Below are positions 45,486 to 50,307 of a DNA stretch of 50,307 nucleotides, one piece after another; the stretch's first letter is position 1; each line of letters opens with the position of its first letter. Both the position numbers and the translations under genes were made by a program. The DNA comes from a bacterium. GTDB taxonomy: Bacteria > Patescibacteriota > Minisyncoccia > Phycocordibacterales > Phycocordibacteraceae. The notes under the pieces are model-generated. The model made no database searches. It saw only the letters and a list, made by a program, of their open reading frames with translations, and was not told where the DNA came from. The DNA lies in the NCBI GenBank assembly GCA_021789225.1, contig JAJYJQ010000002.1, forward strand, positions 1 through 50,307, in the 5' to 3' direction.

Positions 45486-45514
45486 CAGCGCGGCGGCCTT
45501 CGGCCGCCGCGCTG
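45486..45514 (+). other. GC-rich intra-operon hairpin
   Basis: CAGCGCGGCGGCC-TTC-GGCCGCCGCGCTG, a perfect 13-bp stem with no T-run. Confidence 0.6.
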
Positions 45515-45570
45515 GCTGTGCATAACTTTGGTAGGAGCCGGCGCTCTGTACACGTATACTGAAATCATCT

Positions 45571-46278
45571 ATGGATGTCCCCTCGCAAGTGCCGACATCG
45601 TTCGTACCGCACGCGCCGCTCCGCCCGACCGCGCCGGCGCGCCCGACGCATTTCGATGTCGGAGGCGCGTTCTCGCTTATCGCGATCGGCGCGCTCGTGC
45701 TCGCGATGCTCGCGAGCGTGGGCGTGTTCGCCTATGAGCGCGTTCTCGAAGGGCAGCTCGCGAGCGCTCGCGCCTCGCTCGCTACGGCGGAGCAGTCGCT
45801 CGACCCGGCGACGGTGAGCAGTTTCCTCCGCTTGCGCGATCAGCTCGGGTCTATCCGCTCGCTGCTCGACGGCCACATCACGCTCTCACGCTTCTTTGAT
45901 ACGCTCGAGACGACCACGGTCGAAGGGGTTTCATTCAACACACTCAAGATGACCATGCAGAGCGACAAGAGCGCGGTGATGAGCGCAGGCGGCGTCGCGC
46001 GGAATTTCAATGCGCTCGCCGCCGAGTCGCACGCCATCGGCGAGAGCGGGAGTGTCACGCGCGTAGCGTTCTCGAACCTCTCGGTTAATAAGGACGGCTC
46101 GGTAAACTTCACGCTTGACGCGGTGGTCGCGCCCGAGCTTGTCGAGAATTTCCGCGCGGTCGCCGCGTCTGGAGGTAGCGTAACCGCCATACCGGCCGTT
46201 TCAGCCGCATCAACGACGCCAACGTCACCTGTACCGGATATGAGCAATCCGGCTGCGCGCACGAAACCAACGCCATGA
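45571..46278 (+). CDS. pilN: PilN-like pilus assembly protein
   Basis: Single TM (FSLIAIGALVLAMLASVGVFAY), then a coiled-coil and periplasmic-type domain. Position between pilM and pilO supports the call. Confidence 0.55.
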   Translation: MDVPSQVPTSFVPHAPLRPTAPARPTHFDVGGAFSLIAIGALVLAMLASVGVFAYERVLEGQLASARASLATAEQSLDPATVSSFLRLRDQLGSIRSLLDGHITLSRFFDTLETTTVEGVSFNTLKMTMQSDKSAVMSAGGVARNFNALAAESHAIGESGSVTRVAFSNLSVNKDGSVNFTLDAVVAPELVENFRAVAASGGSVTAIPAVSAASTTPTSPVPDMSNPAARTKPTP

Positions 46279-46811
46279 ACGGAAAACTCATCCCCAGCAT
46301 AGCGGGCATCATCGCTCTCGGTCTGTACTTCGGGTACGTGCAGCCGACGTTCTCGTCGGATATCGCGTCGCTTCGGCAACAGATTGCGAGTGAAAATGAT
46401 TCGCTTGCCGCTGCGAAAGAGTATGCGTCGCGCGCAGCGAGCCTGGATGCGGAGCGCTCTCAGATTCCTGCCGCCTCGCTCGCGAGCGCCGAGACGATGC
46501 TCCCGGGCTCGGTCGATACGGTCAAGCTTGTGTTCGATCTCTCGGCGCTTGCAGCGCGTTCCGGATTCTCACTCACCAATTTCAATGTCTCTTCACTGCC
46601 ATCCAAAACGCCGGGAGACCAGGGCGGGCCCGTGTACCAGCCGGTCGTCGTGGTGGTGTCTGGCACGGGAACGTACAACAGCTTCCGGCAGTTTCTCGAT
46701 GGCGTGGAGCACAGCTTGCGTATCATCGACGTGACCGAGCTCTCCATAAAGAGCGCGTCGGGTACGTATTCATATCAGGCGACGCTGCAAGCGTATTGGC
46801 TTCCGAAATAA
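46275..46811 (+). CDS. pilO: PilO-like pilus assembly protein
   Basis: N-terminal TM, a coiled-coil (IASLRQQIASENDSLAAAKEY), a ferredoxin-like C-terminal domain, and an ATGA overlap with pilN. Confidence 0.6.
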   Translation: MNGKLIPSIAGIIALGLYFGYVQPTFSSDIASLRQQIASENDSLAAAKEYASRAASLDAERSQIPAASLASAETMLPGSVDTVKLVFDLSALAARSGFSLTNFNVSSLPSKTPGDQGGPVYQPVVVVVSGTGTYNSFRQFLDGVEHSLRIIDVTELSIKSASGTYSYQATLQAYWLPK

Positions 46812-46812
46812 T

Positions 46813-47097
46813 ATGAAAAATACCACCACGTTCATCATCATCGGCATCGTCGTCGTACTTGTCGGCGGGTATTTCTATATGAGCGGCACGAGCGGGTCAG
46901 AGCTTCCGGTCACGGTGTCTGCGTCCGCGGACTCGACCTCCACCCCCTCACAATTCGAAAGCTTGGTCGCGCAGGTGACGCCGCTCTCATTCGATACGAG
47001 TATCTTTTCGGACCCGCGTTTTGAGGCACTGCACGACATGACGACACCGTTTACGCCAGTGACGGTCGGGCGCACCGACCCATTTGCGCCGATCTAG
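46813..47097 (+). CDS. small single-TM protein of the pilus cluster
   Basis: MKNTTTFIIIGIVVVLVGGYFY. Position between pilO and pilB. Confidence 0.45.
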   Translation: MKNTTTFIIIGIVVVLVGGYFYMSGTSGSELPVTVSASADSTSTPSQFESLVAQVTPLSFDTSIFSDPRFEALHDMTTPFTPVTVGRTDPFAPI

Positions 47098-47113
47098 AAA
47101 TTGAGTACGCTCC

Positions 47114-48901
47114 ATGAACACGCTAGACCTATTGGTACAGCAGGAGCTCGTGAAGCCGGAGGACCGGGGAGCGATCGAGCGGGAAGCACGCGCGCCAGGC
47201 GGGTCGCTCGATACTGCGCTCGCCAAGTACGGCATCACGCCTGAGACAGCGCTCAGCACAGCCGCAGAGCACTACCACATCCCCTATCGCTTGCTCGGGG
47301 AAACGCGCGTCCCGGGAGCGGCGCTGAAGCACATCCCCGAGGACTCGGCGCGGCACTACCATTTCGTTCCGCTCGGTCTGGCCGATGGGGCGCTTGAGGT
47401 CGGCGTGACGGACCCGGATAACATCGAGGCGCTCGACGCGCTCCAGTTCATCTCGGCGAAGAGCGGCATGCCGTACAAACTCTATCTCGTCTCCGAGGCT
47501 GACTTCAAGAAAGTGATCGATGAGTACCAGAATCTCACGGGTGAGGTGGGCGAAGCCCTTTCCGAGCTCGAGACCGACACGGTCGCTGCCGCGCGCGAGG
47601 CGGAAGCGGCGGCGGAGACGGAAGCCGAAGTGGAGTCGCTCGCGTCGGCGGAAGGGAAGTCTGAGGAGAACATCAAGGCGGACGCACCGGTCACGAAGAT
47701 CGTCGCCACCATCCTCCGGTACGCGGTCGAGGGAGAGGCGTCCGACGTGCATATCGAGCCCTCGCCAACCAAGACGCGCGTGCGTTTCCGCATGGATGGC
47801 GAGCTGCACACCTCGCTTGAGCTGCCGGCGAAGGTGCATCCGGCAGTGGTGGCACGCATCAAGATCCTCTCGCAGATGCGTCTCGATGAGAAGCGCAAGC
47901 CGCAGGACGGGCGCTTCTCGGCGACGGTCTCCGGACGGCGTATCGATTTCCGCGTCTCGACCTTCCCGACGCAATCCGGCGAGAAGGTCGTGATGCGTAT
48001 CCTCGACCAGCAGAAATCCATGGAGACGCTCGAGTCCATCGGGCTCGAAGGCTCCGTGCTCGAGACCGTGCGCTCCTTCGCCGAGCAGCCCTATGGCATC
48101 GTGCTCATCTCCGGCCCGACCGGCTCGGGTAAATCGACGACACTCTTCTCGATACTTTCCGAGGTTGACCGCGAGACGCGCAACGTCGTCTCGCTCGAAG
48201 ACCCGGTCGAGTACAACATCGAGGGTGTCGCACAGTCGCAGGTGCACCCGGAGATCGGCTACACCTTCGCGAACGGCCTCCGCTCAATCCTCCGCCAAGA
48301 CCCGGACGTGATCATGGTCGGCGAGATTCGCGACAAGGAGACAGCGCAGCTTGCCGTGCAGGCAGCGCTCACTGGCCACCTCGTCTTTTCGACAATCCAC
48401 ACCAACACGGCCGCCGATGCGATCCCGCGCCTCATCGACATGGGGGTCGATCCGTACCTCATCGCGCCGACTTTGATCGCGGTGATGGGGCAGCGCCTCG
48501 TGAGGAAGCTCTGCAAGGGCGCCGGGAAGCCGTTTCCGGTCACGGAGAGCATCCGCTTGCTGCTCGACAAAGAATTCGCGGATCTGCCGGAGAAATATCG
48601 CGCGACGATGCCGCAGTTCAAAGAGTTCTATCGCGCGACGCCGACGCCTGACTGTCCGAACGGTACGCGCGGCCGCACCGCGGTCTTCGAGATTCTCAAG
48701 ATGGACAAGGAGCTCGAACACATCGTGCTGACCGACCCGACGGTCGAGAAGGTATACACTGCCGCGCGCGAGAAGGGCATGTTGACCATGCGCGAGGATG
48801 CTATCATGAAGGCGCTCGCAGGAAAGATCCCGTTCGAAGAGATCGGCACGCTCGGCGGCGGAATGCTCCTTCCCGAAAGCGAAGAAACTACTGGAAATTG
48901 A
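47114..48901 (+). CDS. pilB: type IV pilus assembly ATPase PilB (GspE family)
   Basis: N-terminal GSPII_E_N-like domain, Walker A GPTGSGKSTT, Asp and His boxes, and the tetracysteine-region remnant CKGAGKPF...CPNG. Confidence 0.9.
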   Translation: MNTLDLLVQQELVKPEDRGAIEREARAPGGSLDTALAKYGITPETALSTAAEHYHIPYRLLGETRVPGAALKHIPEDSARHYHFVPLGLADGALEVGVTDPDNIEALDALQFISAKSGMPYKLYLVSEADFKKVIDEYQNLTGEVGEALSELETDTVAAAREAEAAAETEAEVESLASAEGKSEENIKADAPVTKIVATILRYAVEGEASDVHIEPSPTKTRVRFRMDGELHTSLELPAKVHPAVVARIKILSQMRLDEKRKPQDGRFSATVSGRRIDFRVSTFPTQSGEKVVMRILDQQKSMETLESIGLEGSVLETVRSFAEQPYGIVLISGPTGSGKSTTLFSILSEVDRETRNVVSLEDPVEYNIEGVAQSQVHPEIGYTFANGLRSILRQDPDVIMVGEIRDKETAQLAVQAALTGHLVFSTIHTNTAADAIPRLIDMGVDPYLIAPTLIAVMGQRLVRKLCKGAGKPFPVTESIRLLLDKEFADLPEKYRATMPQFKEFYRATPTPDCPNGTRGRTAVFEILKMDKELEHIVLTDPTVEKVYTAAREKGMLTMREDAIMKALAGKIPFEEIGTLGGGMLLPESEETTGN

Positions 48902-48910
48902 TTTCACACT

Positions 48911-49297
48911 ATGGCGACCTACAACGTGTTCCTTGTTGACGACGACCGATTCTTGCTCGATATGTACGCGCTCAAGTTCCGCAAGGCGGGGCATGTCGCG
49001 ACCGCATTCCACTCGGGTGAAGAGATGCTCGCAGCGCTTCGCAAGAAGCCGCAGATCGATGCGGTATTGCTCGATATCATCATGCCGGGCATGGACGGCT
49101 TCCAGCTCCTCGAGGCGATACGCAAGGAAGGGCTCGCCGAAGGCGCGAAGATTATCGTCCTTTCGAACCAGGGCAATGACAGCGACATCGAGCGCGCGCA
49201 GAAATTCGGGATAGACGGCTACATCGTGAAGGCGTCAGCCATCCCCTCCGAGGTTTTGGAGAAGACCGTACAGATAATCGAGAAACGAGCCGCATGA
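48911..49297 (+). CDS. stand-alone response-regulator receiver (CheY-like)
   Basis: VFLVDDD, phospho-acceptor context LLDIIMPGMDG, and ...VLSNQ...GYIVKA. Confidence 0.85.
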   Translation: MATYNVFLVDDDRFLLDMYALKFRKAGHVATAFHSGEEMLAALRKKPQIDAVLLDIIMPGMDGFQLLEAIRKEGLAEGAKIIVLSNQGNDSDIERAQKFGIDGYIVKASAIPSEVLEKTVQIIEKRAA

Positions 49298-50307
49298 GTA
49301 CGACCGCCCCGAATCTTGCCGCGCTCCTCGATACCGTCGTCGCGGAAGGCGCGTCGGACTTGCACATCACGGCCGGGCAGCATCCGCTCGTCCGCATTTC
49401 CGGGTCGCTCATCCCGCTCACGCAGCACCCCGTCCTTACCGCAGCAGACACGGAGGCGATGCTGCAAAGCATCTTGCCGAAGGAACGCTGGGATACGTTC
49501 CGGCAGAATCAGTCGATAGACTTTTCCTATGCGCACAAAGAGAGTGCCCGCTTCCGCACGAACGGGTATGTCGTGCAGGGAAGCGTTACGATCGCGATGC
49601 GCCTCATCCCGCACGAGATTCACACGCTCTCTGAATTGCACTTGCCCTCGGTCCTCGAAGTGTTCGCGCAGCGGACGCAGGGATTCTTTCTTGTCGTGGG
49701 CCCGGTCGGGCAGGGGAAGTCGACGACGCTCGCCTCCCTCATCGAGACCATCAATGCGACGCGCGCCGAGCATATCCTCACCATCGAAGACCCGATCGAG
49801 TACCTCTTCGAGCCGAAAAAGTCGCTCGTGCATCAGCGTGAGGTGCATATCGACGCGCTCGATTTCCACTCGGCGCTCCAAAGCGCCTTCCGCGAGGACG
49901 TGAATGTCATCATGGTCGGCGAGATGCGCGACCTGGAGACCATCTCCTCGGCGGTGACCGCCGCAGAAACCGGCCACCTCGTCTTCTCGACTTTGCACAC
50001 GAACAATGCGGCGCAGACCATCGACCGCATCATCGACATGTTCCCGGCGAATCAGCAGGGGCAGGTGCGCGTGCAGCTTGCGAACTCGCTCGCCGGCATC
50101 TTCTCGCAGCGCCTCATCCCGCGCATCTCAGGCGGGCTCATCCCGGCCTACGAGCTTCTCATCAACAACAGCGCGGTGGCGAACCTCATCCGCGAAGAGC
50201 GCACGCACGAGATTTCGACGGTCATCCAGACCTCGTCGCAGGAGGGCATGATCGATATGGATCGCTACCTCTCCGAGCTCGTCCAGAAAGGCGAGGTGAC
50301 GAGATCG
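49294..50307 (+). CDS. pilT: twitching-motility ATPase PilT (3' partial, runs off the window)
   Basis: The ORF is open from ATG 49294 (ATGA overlap with the receiver gene) to the window edge. ASDLHITAG, Walker A GPVGQGKSTT, EDPIEY, MVGEMRD, TGHLVFSTLHTN. Confidence 0.9.
   Translation, partial: MSTTAPNLAALLDTVVAEGASDLHITAGQHPLVRISGSLIPLTQHPVLTAADTEAMLQSILPKERWDTFRQNQSIDFSYAHKESARFRTNGYVVQGSVTIAMRLIPHEIHTLSELHLPSVLEVFAQRTQGFFLVVGPVGQGKSTTLASLIETINATRAEHILTIEDPIEYLFEPKKSLVHQREVHIDALDFHSALQSAFREDVNVIMVGEMRDLETISSAVTAAETGHLVFSTLHTNNAAQTIDRIIDMFPANQQGQVRVQLANSLAGIFSQRLIPRISGGLIPAYELLINNSAVANLIREERTHEISTVIQTSSQEGMIDMDRYLSELVQKGEVTRS

Overview
GC-rich 50.3 kb bacterial chromosomal window, densely coding and mostly on the + strand. 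I count about 70 CDS, 7 intact tRNA genes plus tRNA fragments, no rRNA, no CRISPR array, and no recognisable transposase or integrase. Backbone genes in order: HAD hydrolase, a short UvrC, Ddl, a peculiar tRNA-Cys locus, an AT-richer accessory patch (methyltransferase, NDT-like, Nudix, hemerythrin, IMPase), tRNA-Val/Pro, a homing-endonuclease-like gene, tRNA-Pro, holB-like, DUF167, HPF-like, def-fmt (minus strand), and two VirB2/TrbC-like small membrane proteins. These are followed by a complete F1Fo ATP synthase operon interrupted between atpA and atpG by two nucleotide-phosphohydrolase genes, then ychF, leuS, an MliC-like protein and dedA. Next come a LAGLIDADG-like gene, tRNA(UAU) and an AT-rich orphan, then recG, an MFS transporter and a Nudix gene (all minus strand), tRNA-Ser, a DUF488-Mug fusion, an ICMT-like methyltransferase and mscL. 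The window ends with a translationally coupled panD/PLP-enzyme/CofE-like triad, comF, and a type IV pilus block (pilM-N-O-x-pilB-receiver-pilT) that runs off the 3' edge. The gene content fits a reduced-genome Patescibacteria/CPR-like organism, but this is inference only. Supporting traits are truncated UvrC, ATP synthase delta and epsilon, many small secreted or membrane orphans, T4P plus comF, heavy investment in nucleotide sanitation, and endonuclease genes beside tRNAs. The most notable observations are: (1) a tRNA-Cys gene nested inside the two halves of a second identical tRNA-Cys copy; (2) a Nudix-fold domain inserted into LeuRS; (3) the panD/CysK-like/CofE-like operon next to an MFS transporter; (4) the atp operon insertion, which carries a duplicated atpG 5' end; (5) an AT-rich orphan with cyclodipeptide-synthase-like motif order beside a tRNA(UAU); (6) two nuclease genes of different folds that share one HTH module, each abutting tRNA genes; (7) a DUF488-Mug fusion.
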